A DNA stretch of 64,000 nt from an uncultured Chloroflexia bacterium (lineage in GTDB: Bacteria > Chloroflexota > Limnocylindria > Limnocylindrales > CSP1-4): positions 8,116-72,115 of the forward strand of contig CAWJQZ010000024.1 of NCBI GenBank assembly GCA_963844945.1, written 5' to 3'. Under the pieces are notes generated by a model. That model worked only from the letters and a program-made list of their open reading frames with translations. It was not told the origin of the DNA and ran no database searches. Shown piece after piece: positions 8,871 through 18,323 of the stretch. The translations under genes and the position numbers were made by a program. Position 1 is the first letter of the stretch. Each line of letters begins with the position of its first letter.

Positions 8871-11800
8871 TCAGGGACGCGGAGGGCCGTCGCTGCGGCT
8901 CGTCTCGTCCCCGGCGGGCGGCGGCACGGTCTCGGGGCTCGGCTCGGCCACGGGCCCCGGGGCCGCCGCGGCGGGCGCGAGTGCGGCGGCGGGCGGAGTG
9001 GCCGCCGGCCCGCGCCCCGGATCCCCGTCGGCGGGCGCCGGACTCTTCCCCCACCGGCGCGCGCCCCAGGCCGAGAGCGCCACCACGCCGACCGCGAGGA
9101 GCAGGACGACGACCGTCCCCCCGCTCACGACGCTCGAGCCGGACGGCAGCGTCGTCACGCTCGCGAAGGCGAAGCGTGTATCCCAGCTCGGCAGGAGCGC
9201 CTGGTAGACCCACGGCCAGCCGCCCGGGACCACCACCGCGGAGAGCGCCGGGTAGAGCGCGATCGAGGCGACGACCGCCACGCCGAGGAAGGCGGCGACC
9301 ATCCTGCGGGGCGAGGATCGCAGCACGCCGATGACGAGCACCACGGTCGCGAGCGCCGTCCACGCGGCCACCGGCAGCGCCACCGCGGTGAGCGGCTCGG
9401 CGCACACGGGCGTCGCGGGGTCCGCGCCGGCGACGACGCACAGCGGCCCCTTGAGGGCCCACAGGATCGCCGGCATGTACAGGGCGACGCCCACGACCCA
9501 CCGGCCGAACCACCGCAGGCGGGCCGTCGGGCGCTCCCAGAGGTCGGCGAGGAGCCAGGCCAGGAGGAGGTACGCGAACGGGAGCGCGACGTAGTAGTGG
9601 TAGTTGAACGCCACCCGGTCGATCCGCGCCCAGGGCAGCCAGAGGCAGAGGAAGGCGACGACGCCGAACCCCAGCGCCCAGCTCCGTCGCCGCCAGGCGA
9701 GCCACGCACCCGCCCCGAGGGCGGGGATCGAGGCCCAGAGGAGGAACGGGTTCCCCGCGCCCAGGATCGTCGCCTGCGTCCCGTCCACGAACGTCTCGAG
9801 GTAGCCCCACACCGGCTTGAGGTCGAGCGGCCACGCCCACCACGGCGACCCCGACCCGTGCGGCCACCGCCACTGGTCGTGATAGGCGTACATCTGCGCC
9901 TGCAGGTCCAGGAGGGTCTGGCCCGTGTTGCCCGCTGGCCAGCCGGGGAAGAGCCGGGGGCCGCCGGCGGTCGAGAGCGCCCACGGGACGTACGAGGCCA
10001 CGTAGACACCCGCGGGGACGACGACGATGCAGGCGAGGAACCACGCGATCGGGACCGCCGCCCGCCACCGCGGCCACCGCGCGTCCATGCCGCGCGCCGC
10101 CCCCGGCGTCTCCCCGGAGGCCTCCCGCGCCTCGCCCCGGACGATCCCCACGGCGAGGACCGCTGTGAGCGCGAGCATGACGAGGAGGAACGTGAGGTTC
10201 GCGGGGTCGTCGGCGACCGCCAGGTACCCCAGGACACCGGTGAGGGCGGCCATCCCGGCGAGCGCCAGCCTCCGGCCCAGCCATGACCGCAGGAGGAAGA
10301 GCAGGCCCGCGGCGCCGATCGCGTACATGGCGACCCACTTGGACGCGAGCCCCAGCCCCAGCACCGCGCCGATCGCCGGCGGCAGCAGGATCAGCTCGAC
10401 CGTGGCCCGGCGGCCGGCGGCGGTCCCGCGGAGCAGCCACGCGAGGAGGAGCAGGCCGGCGACGATGAAGAAGCCCACGTACACGTCGTTCATCGCGATG
10501 CGGGCCTGCTGGAAGGCGAGGCCGTCCACGAGGAGGAGACCGGCGGCGATGAGTGCGATCGACCGCCGCCGGAAGAGCACGAGCGCGAGGAGGTAGACCA
10601 GCCCGACGGTGAGCGCGCCGAGGAATGCACCGGGGAGCCGCCAGCCGAACGACTGGGACCCGATCGCCACCGAGACGACGGCGCCGCTCGGCGAGAAGGT
10701 GAGGATCCGCTCGCGATCCCGGGACGGGTCCGCAGGCTGAACGTCGAGGACCCAGGTGGACGGTGCGAACGGGAGCGCGACGTCCCCGAAGACCGCGTTC
10801 GACTGCGGCGTGACGACGTAGACGGTCGGGCTGCCGGACGGCGCCGTCCCGAGGACGTGGAGGAGGTTCGACGGGCGGTCCCAGCGGACGTCGGCCACCG
10901 GCCCCGGCATCGGGAACGTCGCCGCGAGCGAAAGGCCCCCGTCCGGCGCCACGGTCGTCGCGACCATCGACGGGCCGCCGGTCGCCGCGTAGATCGCCGG
11001 CTCCTCGAGCATCTGGCGCGCCTTCTTGTCGTACGCGTTCCCGTCGACGAACCCGAGCCCGGTGACACCCCCGTCCACCGGGACCGCAGCTACCTGCGCC
11101 AGCGTCGCGGGGTCCAGGGCGACGATCCCGGTCGGCGTCGCGACGGCGATCCTGCGGACGTCGCCGACGCGGTACGGGAGGATCGCGCGGACGCCGGCGA
11201 TCGACGTGTTCGCGAGCGGCGCCGCCGTCGCCTCGTCCACGACCACGAGCCGGTCTCCGTCGAGTCGGACCAGGACGCGGCCGTCGCCGACGGCCCAGAC
11301 CCCGCGGATCGGCTCCCCCACGTTCCCGATCCGCCGCGCCGTGACCGGCGCGCCGGTGCTGCCCGCGGCGGAGAGCGACGCCGACGAGATCCCCCAGATG
11401 GAGCCGTCGTCCGTCCCGACCAGCGTCCAGTGCTGGTCCTCGTCCACGGCGAGCGACGTCGCGCCGGCGACGGGGATGGCCATCGCCTTCGCGATGTCGC
11501 CGTGCTCCGCGGAGAGGATCGCCGAGCCCGTCGCGACGAGGATCCGGTCGCCGCCGCGCCCGCCCGCGAGCGCCGGATCGGCGTACGACGGCTCGAAGGC
11601 GACGGCCGCCACCGGCGAGCCCATGACGCCACCGGCGGTGACGCGATCCGCGCCGAACAGGTCGATCCCGGCGGCCATGGCGTACTTCGCGAGGTGCGGG
11701 TGCGTCTGCTCGATGAGCGTGTGCGGCATCCCGTACCGCCAGTCCTGGAGGAGCTCCATCGCCGCGGTCGCGTGCCAGTACTCGTCGAAGTACTCGGTGC

Positions 11801-13700
11801 GCGGCGTCTCCAGGCGGTAGAGGCGCGTGCCGAAGGTGAGGACGACGATCACCGCGACGATCGCCAGGTCGCGCCGGCGGGCGCGCCCGCCGGCGACGGG
11901 CCCGCGGAAGCGCGCGAGGGTGCGGCTCGACGCGCCGCCGAGCACGGCGCCCGGGTCGACCCGGATCCCGGCGGCGGGCGGGAGGAGCGGCGCGTACCAG
12001 GGCGACATCGCGGGGCCGGGGCCGGACGCCGCGCCGCCGGTGGGGCCCGCGGCGGCAGGAGACGCATCGACCGGCACGGCCGTGTCGACGGAGGGCGCGC
12101 CGACCGGCACGGCCGAAGCGACCGCGGCGGCGGCCACGGCGAGGGCCGGCTCCGCCACCGCCGGCTCCCGCGACCGGCCGTCGCGCCACCGCCGGACGCT
12201 GGCCGGGACCGCGACGAACGCCGGCCAGGAGACGTCCCGCACGAAGGCCGTGAGCGCCAGGACGAAGAGCACCGTCGTGAGCAGGCTCACGGACATGACC
12301 GTGATCGGCGCGCGCGCGGCGTCCCCGAGCGGGAGCGCCCGCATCGCCGGGGTCCCGTACCCCTCGAACGGCATCGTGAGGATCGCGTGGAGGTTGATCG
12401 CGTTCCCCACGCCCAGGAGGACGTACCACCAGCGCCATCGCACCGACGCGGCGGCGAGCAGCGCGCCGGTCGCGAACGCCGGGAAGAGGTAGCGCTCGTG
12501 GACGCGGGTCGGCAGCGCGAAGAACGCGACGGCGAGGACGGTGAACCCCACGAGGATCGCCCAGCGGTCGTCCCGCAGCACGAGGGTCGCGACCACCAGG
12601 AGCGCGGCCAGCCCCAGGGCGGCCGTCCCGACCGTCACCGCGGGGATGCCGCCCACGATCGCGAGCGAGTCGTACGTCCACTGGTACTGGTGGCTCAGTG
12701 CCGTCATGAGCGGCGTCGGTCCCACGAGCGCCCAGCCGTTGAAGGCGTTGACGGTGAGCACGCCGTAGTAGGCGGCGGCCGAGGTCACGAGGGCGACGAA
12801 GCCGGCGATCGAGCCGACGACGGGGATCCCCGCGAGGTCCGCGGGGGCGAGGATCGGGAGGTCGAACGGGAGGAGGGCGACGACGATGACGACCGCGCCG
12901 ACGAGCGCGGACGAGACGAGCCGGACCCACCCCCGTCTGCGCGTGAACCAGCCGCCGAGGCGCGCGTCGAGCGCGCCCGTCCAGCGGCCGACCGGCGGCA
13001 CCGGCGCCTCCGACGGGCGGAGCAGGTGCCGTCCCACGAGGACGGCGCCCACGACCGCGAGCCCGATCGCGTACTGGGGCTTCGTCACGGCGGCGAGCGC
13101 CGCGACGGCGACCGCCGGCTCGCTCCAGCCCTCGATGAGCAGGAGGACCGCGCCGAGCAGGAGGAGCGCACCCACCGCATCGACCTGTCCCCAGACCGCC
13201 GCGTCGTACCAGGTGACGGGGACGAACAGGAAGACGGCTGCCGCGATCAGCCCTGCGCGCTCGCCCCACCAGCGGCGTGCGGCGCGGTACAGGAGGATCG
13301 CGACGAGCATGTCGGCCGCGATCGCCGGGAGCTTGACCAGCGGCCCGACGACGTCCGCGGGGGCGACCCCCAGCGGTCCGGCGAGCGCCTGCCCGACGAG
13401 CCCCATGATCCACAGCACGTAGAGGTAGCCCGGCGGGTAGTCGGCGAATCCCGCGTTCGCATAGAAGCCGCCCGGCCCGTGCTGCGCGAGCACGTCGGCC
13501 CAGAGCGTGAAGAGGCGCAGGTCGGAGACGAGCCCTTCGCCCGGCCAGATGACGTACGCGAGGAGCAGGCGGAGCGCGAGGCCGCCGAGAAGGACGAGCG
13601 CGACCGGGAGCACGTGAGGCGCGGCCCGCCCGGGGGTGTGCGTCCCATCCTCCGGGCCCGGTGCGTCGTCGGGCGCGTCTCGCGTCGCGACTTCGGTCAC
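8871..13700 (-). CDS. Large membrane glycosyltransferase: N-terminal GT87/DUF2029-like GT-C domain plus C-terminal PMT/GT39 protein O-mannosyltransferase-like domain with a large inserted extracytoplasmic domain, 1609 aa
   Basis: Domain 1: DYPPGYLY, KLPAIAAD, WGQVD, TKPQ, PTRVHERY. Domain 2: YFDEYWH, HPHLAK, FGWR, ARIAMND, SKW, HGSGSPWWAWP, GNP, FNYHY. GAGGAG RBS plus GTG at 13700. Confidence 0.88.
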   Translation of the reverse strand: MTEVATRDAPDDAPGPEDGTHTPGRAAPHVLPVALVLLGGLALRLLLAYVIWPGEGLVSDLRLFTLWADVLAQHGPGGFYANAGFADYPPGYLYVLWIMGLVGQALAGPLGVAPADVVGPLVKLPAIAADMLVAILLYRAARRWWGERAGLIAAAVFLFVPVTWYDAAVWGQVDAVGALLLLGAVLLLIEGWSEPAVAVAALAAVTKPQYAIGLAVVGAVLVGRHLLRPSEAPVPPVGRWTGALDARLGGWFTRRRGWVRLVSSALVGAVVIVVALLPFDLPILAPADLAGIPVVGSIAGFVALVTSAAAYYGVLTVNAFNGWALVGPTPLMTALSHQYQWTYDSLAIVGGIPAVTVGTAALGLAALLVVATLVLRDDRWAILVGFTVLAVAFFALPTRVHERYLFPAFATGALLAAASVRWRWWYVLLGVGNAINLHAILTMPFEGYGTPAMRALPLGDAARAPITVMSVSLLTTVLFVLALTAFVRDVSWPAFVAVPASVRRWRDGRSREPAVAEPALAVAAAAVASAVPVGAPSVDTAVPVDASPAAAGPTGGAASGPGPAMSPWYAPLLPPAAGIRVDPGAVLGGASSRTLARFRGPVAGGRARRRDLAIVAVIVVLTFGTRLYRLETPRTEYFDEYWHATAAMELLQDWRYGMPHTLIEQTHPHLAKYAMAAGIDLFGADRVTAGGVMGSPVAAVAFEPSYADPALAGGRGGDRILVATGSAILSAEHGDIAKAMAIPVAGATSLAVDEDQHWTLVGTDDGSIWGISSASLSAAGSTGAPVTARRIGNVGEPIRGVWAVGDGRVLVRLDGDRLVVVDEATAAPLANTSIAGVRAILPYRVGDVRRIAVATPTGIVALDPATLAQVAAVPVDGGVTGLGFVDGNAYDKKARQMLEEPAIYAATGGPSMVATTVAPDGGLSLAATFPMPGPVADVRWDRPSNLLHVLGTAPSGSPTVYVVTPQSNAVFGDVALPFAPSTWVLDVQPADPSRDRERILTFSPSGAVVSVAIGSQSFGWRLPGAFLGALTVGLVYLLALVLFRRRSIALIAAGLLLVDGLAFQQARIAMNDVYVGFFIVAGLLLLAWLLRGTAAGRRATVELILLPPAIGAVLGLGLASKWVAMYAIGAAGLLFLLRSWLGRRLALAGMAALTGVLGYLAVADDPANLTFLLVMLALTAVLAVGIVRGEAREASGETPGAARGMDARWPRWRAAVPIAWFLACIVVVPAGVYVASYVPWALSTAGGPRLFPGWPAGNTGQTLLDLQAQMYAYHDQWRWPHGSGSPWWAWPLDLKPVWGYLETFVDGTQATILGAGNPFLLWASIPALGAGAWLAWRRRSWALGFGVVAFLCLWLPWARIDRVAFNYHYYVALPFAYLLLAWLLADLWERPTARLRWFGRWVVGVALYMPAILWALKGPLCVVAGADPATPVCAEPLTAVALPVAAWTALATVVLVIGVLRSSPRRMVAAFLGVAVVASIALYPALSAVVVPGGWPWVYQALLPSWDTRFAFASVTTLPSGSSVVSGGTVVVLLLAVGVVALSAWGARRWGKSPAPADGDPGRGPAATPPAAALAPAAAAPGPVAEPSPETVPPPAGDETSRSDGPPRP

Positions 13701-13843
13701 GCGTGCTCCTCTGTCGGTCCCACGCCCGGCGCACTCCTCCGACGCGCCGGGTCCCGCCGTGCCGATCGAGTCGGCCGGCGCGGTCCCGCGACTATCATGG
13801 CACCGCCCCGGGGGGCAGGGACAAGGAGGGGGACGACCCGATC

Positions 13844-14044
13844 GTGAGGCTCGGCACGCGCTCGTTCGACACGCCGACCGCACGGCGGACGGCGGTCACG
13901 GCCGTCGCCGCCCTGGCGCTCGTCGCCGCCGTCGCCGCGTGCGGCGGGAAGTCGCCCGAGCAGCTGGCGAACGACGCGCTCGCGGCCGGCGTGGCGGCCC
14001 ATCAGGCCGGGAACATCGCCGAGACCACTATTCGTCCGAGGTGA
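13844..14044 (+). pseudogene. Truncated lipoprotein with the start of a TPR-like repeat
   Basis: Lipobox VAAC then GGKSPEQLANDALAAGVAAHQAGNIAE and an abrupt end; AGGAGG lies upstream of the GTG. Confidence 0.55.
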
Positions 14045-14556
14045 CGCAGGTGATCGACGGACCGGAGGGACCCGACGCGCGCCGTGTCGTGGTCCTCGTC
14101 TGCGGCGAGCCCGAGCGAGGCGACGACGCCGCGGCCCTCGCCGCCGTCGAAGCCCTCCCGGCTCCGATCGCGGCCCGTGCGGCCATCGTCCGCGTCGGTC
14201 AGCTCGAGGTCGACCACCTGCTCGACGTTCCGCACGGCGCCGGATGCATCGTGGTGGACGCGGCGGTCGGGGTCGCGCCCGGGGACGTCGTGGTGATCCC
14301 GCTCGCGGACATCGCCGACCGATCGGCCGCGGGGTCCCCACGCTCCTCGCACGCGCTGCCCCCGGACCAGGTCATCGCGCTCGCCGCCGCCCTCCGTGGC
14401 GGCCCACCGGCGGGTGTCTTCGTGGGGATCGGGGGTGCCGCGTTCGGGCTGGGCGCCGGCCTGTCGCCGGCCGTCCGGTCCGGCCTCCCCCTCCTCGTCG
14501 AGACCCTCGCCCGCGAGGTCGTCCGCCTGGTCGCCGAGACCCTGCCGGAGAGCTGA
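14041..14556 (+). CDS. [NiFe]-hydrogenase maturation protease (HycI/HybD family)
   Basis: VLVCGEPERGDDAAA, IVVDAA, SSHAL, GAGLSPAV; upstream of the hydrogenase structural genes. Confidence 0.85.
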   Translation: MTQVIDGPEGPDARRVVVLVCGEPERGDDAAALAAVEALPAPIAARAAIVRVGQLEVDHLLDVPHGAGCIVVDAAVGVAPGDVVVIPLADIADRSAAGSPRSSHALPPDQVIALAAALRGGPPAGVFVGIGGAAFGLGAGLSPAVRSGLPLLVETLAREVVRLVAETLPES

Positions 14557-14564
14557 GCACGGTG

Positions 14565-14588
14565 AAGGGGCGGCTCACGCCGCCCCTT
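14565..14588 (+). terminator. Stem-loop after the protease gene (possible intrinsic terminator)
   Basis: AAGGGGCGGC-TCAC-GCCGCCCCTT, 10-bp perfect stem 8 nt after the stop; weak U tract. Confidence 0.5.
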
Positions 14589-14843
14589 GGATCGGGTCGT
14601 GTCCGGCCGGGGGCGCGGCTTCGCGATCGCAGCAGCGGCCGACCGCGATGTCGCCGGATGTCCGACGCCCGTGCCCCGATCGGACCGACGCGCGTCGGGG
14701 ACGGGCCGACGTCCGTGCCCCCCGCCGGGGACGCGTGTCGCCGGCCCGCGCGGACCGGCCGGGACCCTGCGTGCCATTGGGCATCGGGCCCGGCATCGCT
14801 CGGCTCTCGCCTCCGGGAGGGAGCCGCCGCTAGCCTCAGGGCC

Positions 14844-15326
14844 ATGGGAGACACGGCGGCGCTCGTCGCTGCGCTGAACGCGACGTGGTTCGGTTCCGGA
14901 CTTCCACCCAGTGCGCAGACGCGCCTCGCGGAGCTCGGGCGAGTCGAGACGTATCCGGGCGGGAGGGAGCTGCTGACGGAGGGAGAGGTCTGCGAGGAGG
15001 TCGGCATCGTCCTTGATGGACGGATCGCGCTGCGGACGCTCGTCCCGGAGCGCGGGATGGTCACGATCCTCACGATCGAGCCTGGCGACGTCTGGGGGTG
15101 GTCGGCGATCGTGCCCCCCTACCGCGGGACGTCCACGGTCGTGACGATCGAGCCCGTGACGTCGATCGTCTTCGAGGGCGCGGCGCTGCGCATCGCGCTT
15201 CGCGAGGACAGCCAGCTCGCCCAGGTCCTCTATCCGCGGATCCTCGTCGCGGTCTCGCGCCGCCTCGCGGCCTCGCGCCTGCAGCTGCTCGACCTGTTCG
15301 CGCGCGACGCGACGGTCGGGTCCTGA
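14844..15326 (+). CDS. Stand-alone cyclic nucleotide-binding (Crp-like effector) domain protein with no HTH, 160 aa
   Basis: LLTEGE, IVLDGRIAL, TIEPGDVWGWSA, C-helix VSRRLAASRLQLLDLF; TAGCCT -10 box 7 nt before the ATG. Confidence 0.85.
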   Translation: MGDTAALVAALNATWFGSGLPPSAQTRLAELGRVETYPGGRELLTEGEVCEEVGIVLDGRIALRTLVPERGMVTILTIEPGDVWGWSAIVPPYRGTSTVVTIEPVTSIVFEGAALRIALREDSQLAQVLYPRILVAVSRRLAASRLQLLDLFARDATVGS

Positions 15327-15348
15327 CCCGGGGCCGGAGGTCTCGCAG

Positions 15349-17346
15349 ATGATGACGTTGGAGGTCAACCGGCCCGAGCGCACGACGACACAGGGCCGCT
15401 GGTACCTGGAGCGATCCGGGCTGGACGCGCTCATCTCGGCCCTTCGCGCCGATGGGCGGACCGTCATCGGCCCCACCGTCGCCGACGGCGCGGTCGTGTA
15501 CGACGAGATCCGCTCGTCGGCCGACATGCCGCACTCGGTGGGCGACGTGCAGGGCCCCGGTCGCTACCGACTGACGAAGCGGGACGACTCCCGCGTCTTC
15601 GGCTACGTGGTGGGACCGACGAGCTGGAAGCGGTGGGTCTTCCCGCCGTTCGTCGAGCTCAACACCGGGAAGCGCGCGGGGCACCGCGTCGAGTTCACGC
15701 CCACCCGCCCGGAGCCCGAGCGCCTCGCCTTCATCGGCGCCCGCGCGTGCGAGCTCGCGGCGTTCGGCATCCGCGACCGCGTCCTGGACGCGGGCCCGTT
15801 CCGCGATTCCGACTACGCGTCGCGGCGGTCGTCGGCGATGATCATCGCGGTCCAGTGCACCACGGCGGAGCCGACCTGCTTCTGCACGTCCATGGGGACG
15901 GGCCCGGAGATCGAGTCGGGCTACGACCTCGCGCTCACGGAGCTCGACGAGGGCTTCCTCGTCGACGTCGGCTCGCCCGAGGGGCAGGCCCTCATCGACG
16001 GCGGGCTCGCGGGCGCCCTCCGGCCGGCGACGCCGGTCGAGGTCTACACCGCGGCGGCGGACGTCGCGGCCACGCGGGCGCGCATCGGCGACCCGCTCCC
16101 CACCGCCGGCCTGCACGACCGGCTCCTCGCCCAGCTGGACAACCCGCGCTGGGCCCAGGTCGCCGAGCGGTGCATCACGTGCGGCAACTGCACCCTCGCG
16201 TGTCCCACGTGCTTCTGCACGAGCGTCGTCCAGAAGACCGACATGGAGGGCCAGACGGCGACGAACGTGCGGGCGTGGGACAGCTGCTTCAGCCCCGGGT
16301 TCGCCCGGGTGGCCGGCGGCTCGTTCCGGAGCCGCCCGCGCGACCGCTACCGGCAGTGGCTCACGCACAAGTTCGGCACGTGGTGGGACCAGTTCGGGAC
16401 CGCCGGGTGCGTCGGATGCGGCCGCTGCATCACGTGGTGCCCGGTGGGGATCGACGTGCGCGAGGAGCTGATGGCCATCGCGCCGCCGGTCGCGCTCTCG
16501 CCGGAGCCCGTCCGCGTGGAGCCGGTCGCCGCGTCGATCGACGAGTACGTCATCGCCCAGGTCGTCGCCACGCGCCACGAGACCGCGGACACGGTCACGC
16601 TCACGCTCTCGGGCGCGGACCCGGCGTTCAGCAAGGGCAACCTGGGACAGTTCGCGATGGTCGCGATCCCCGGGTTCCCCCCGCTGCCCATCTCGATCAG
16701 CCGTTTCACCGTGGACGGCATCGAGCTGACGATCCGTGGCGCCGGCCCCGCGACCAAGGCGATGTGCGCCCTCAAGGTCGGCGACCAGCTGGGCCTCCGC
16801 GGGCCGCTGGGGAACAACTGGCCGATCGATCGCGCCGTGGGGCGCGACCTCGTCATCGTCACCGGCGGGATCGGCCTCGCGCCGCTCCGCCCGGTCATCC
16901 ACGCGCTCGCCGCCGACCGGCGCCGGTTCGGCGACGTCCGCCTCTACTACGGCGCGCGGACCCCCGCGGACATCCTCTACGCCGAGGAGATGGAGCGGTG
17001 GGCCTCCCGCGGCGGCATCGAGGTCCACCTCACGGTGGACCGTGCCGGACCCGAATGGGAGGGCCGCGTCGGCGTCGTGACGCAGCTCTTCGACCAGGCC
17101 GCATGGGAGGGCGCGAACGCCATCGCGTTCGTCTGCGGGCCGGAACGCATGATGCGGGCGACCGCCAACACGCTCGCCGGACGCGGGGTCACGACCTCGC
17201 GCATCTACGTGACGCTCGAGCGGCACATGGAGTGCGGGATCGGCCTCTGCGGCCACTGCCAGATGGGGCGCTTCTTCGTCTGTCGGGACGGCCCCGTCTT
17301 CTCGCTCGAACAGCTCGGCGACACGTTCGGCCGGGAGGGGATCTGA
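15349..17346 (+). CDS. Group 3b [NiFe]-hydrogenase (sulfhydrogenase) fused beta (4Fe-4S dicluster, AsrA-like) and gamma (FAD/NAD(P)-binding, 2Fe-2S, AsrB-like) subunit
   Basis: CITCGNCTLACPTCFC, CVGCGRCITWCPVGID; then GQF, LRGPLGN, GGIGLAPLR, VCGPERMM, ERHMECGIGLCGHCQ..CRDGP. Confidence 0.92.
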   Translation: MMTLEVNRPERTTTQGRWYLERSGLDALISALRADGRTVIGPTVADGAVVYDEIRSSADMPHSVGDVQGPGRYRLTKRDDSRVFGYVVGPTSWKRWVFPPFVELNTGKRAGHRVEFTPTRPEPERLAFIGARACELAAFGIRDRVLDAGPFRDSDYASRRSSAMIIAVQCTTAEPTCFCTSMGTGPEIESGYDLALTELDEGFLVDVGSPEGQALIDGGLAGALRPATPVEVYTAAADVAATRARIGDPLPTAGLHDRLLAQLDNPRWAQVAERCITCGNCTLACPTCFCTSVVQKTDMEGQTATNVRAWDSCFSPGFARVAGGSFRSRPRDRYRQWLTHKFGTWWDQFGTAGCVGCGRCITWCPVGIDVREELMAIAPPVALSPEPVRVEPVAASIDEYVIAQVVATRHETADTVTLTLSGADPAFSKGNLGQFAMVAIPGFPPLPISISRFTVDGIELTIRGAGPATKAMCALKVGDQLGLRGPLGNNWPIDRAVGRDLVIVTGGIGLAPLRPVIHALAADRRRFGDVRLYYGARTPADILYAEEMERWASRGGIEVHLTVDRAGPEWEGRVGVVTQLFDQAAWEGANAIAFVCGPERMMRATANTLAGRGVTTSRIYVTLERHMECGIGLCGHCQMGRFFVCRDGPVFSLEQLGDTFGREGI

Positions 17347-18320
17347 TGTCTCCCACGACGGCGCACCCCACCGGAGGCGGGCACCCGGCGGAGCCGGGGA
17401 CGGGCGCGGCACCGGCCCACGAGTCGGCCCCGACGCCGGCCCCCGGCCCGGCCCAGGCCAGGTCCACCGCACTCGCCGCAGCCCATCAGCAGGCGAGCGA
17501 GCACGCCCACGGCGGCCGCGGCATCCCCCGGCCGCGCGTCGCGGTGGTCAAGCTCGCGAGCTGTGACGGCTGTCAGCTCACCATCCTCGACCTGGAGGAT
17601 CACCTCCTCGAGCTGTCCGAGCACTTCGAGATCGTCGACTTCCCCGAGGCGAGCTCCGCGCGGTCGAGCGGGCCGTACGACGTCCTCTTCGTCGAGGGCT
17701 CGGTGAGCACGCCCGATCACATGCGGCGCATCGGGGAGCTGCGGAAGCAGGCCCGCGTCCTCGTGACGATCGGCGCCTGCGCCACCGCGGGCGGGATCCA
17801 GGCGCTCCGCAACTGGGCCGACCATGACGCGTATCGCGCCGCGGTCTATCCCTCGCCGGAGTTCGTGGATTCGCTCGCGCGCTCCACGCCGATCTCGGAG
17901 CACGTCACGGTCGACTTCGAGCTCCGCGGCTGTCCCATCAGCCCGGAGCAGCTCGTGGAGCTGCTGACCGCGCTCGTCACCGGCCGGCGGCCACAGCTCA
18001 GGGACGAGGCGGTCTGCATGGAGTGCAAGCGGCGCGGGATCGTCTGCGTGATGAGCGCGCAGGGGATGGCGTGCCTGGGACAGGTGACGCAGACCGGCTG
18101 CGGTGCGATCTGCCCGCGGATGGGCCGCGGGTGCTACGGCTGCTTCGGGCCGCGCGAGCAGGCCAACGCTGCCGGGCTCGCGCGGTACTTCCAGACCTCG
18201 GGCGACCGCACCACCGAGGAGGTCGGCCAGCTGTTCGCCGGCTTCACGGCATACGCGGAGCCGTTCCGGAGCACGATCACCGACCTGGGCGGGACCCGGG
18301 GCGCGCGGCGGAGGGCATGA
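17346..18320 (+). CDS. Group 3b [NiFe]-hydrogenase small (delta) subunit
   Basis: KLASCDGCQL, VEGSV, IGACATAGGIQAL, GCP, VCMECK..C..CLG..TQTGCGAICP..CYGCFGP; TGATG overlap with the previous gene. Confidence 0.92.
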   Translation: MSPTTAHPTGGGHPAEPGTGAAPAHESAPTPAPGPAQARSTALAAAHQQASEHAHGGRGIPRPRVAVVKLASCDGCQLTILDLEDHLLELSEHFEIVDFPEASSARSSGPYDVLFVEGSVSTPDHMRRIGELRKQARVLVTIGACATAGGIQALRNWADHDAYRAAVYPSPEFVDSLARSTPISEHVTVDFELRGCPISPEQLVELLTALVTGRRPQLRDEAVCMECKRRGIVCVMSAQGMACLGQVTQTGCGAICPRMGRGCYGCFGPREQANAAGLARYFQTSGDRTTEEVGQLFAGFTAYAEPFRSTITDLGGTRGARRRA

Positions 18321-18323
18321 GAG

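Noticed and set aside
472-13847. Very long alternative-frame and antisense ORFs (e.g. 472-3969, 908-4426, 8716-13734, 10857-13847; also 59090-62071)
   Set aside because: Shadow ORFs expected at very high GC; they are R/P/G/A-rich, lack motifs and overlap well-supported genes.
14590-14843. DosR-like boxes upstream of the hydrogenase operon
   Set aside because: Only loose GGGAC and GGCCC matches, which are expected by chance at this GC; a lone GCATCGCTC half of the island palindrome has no partner half.
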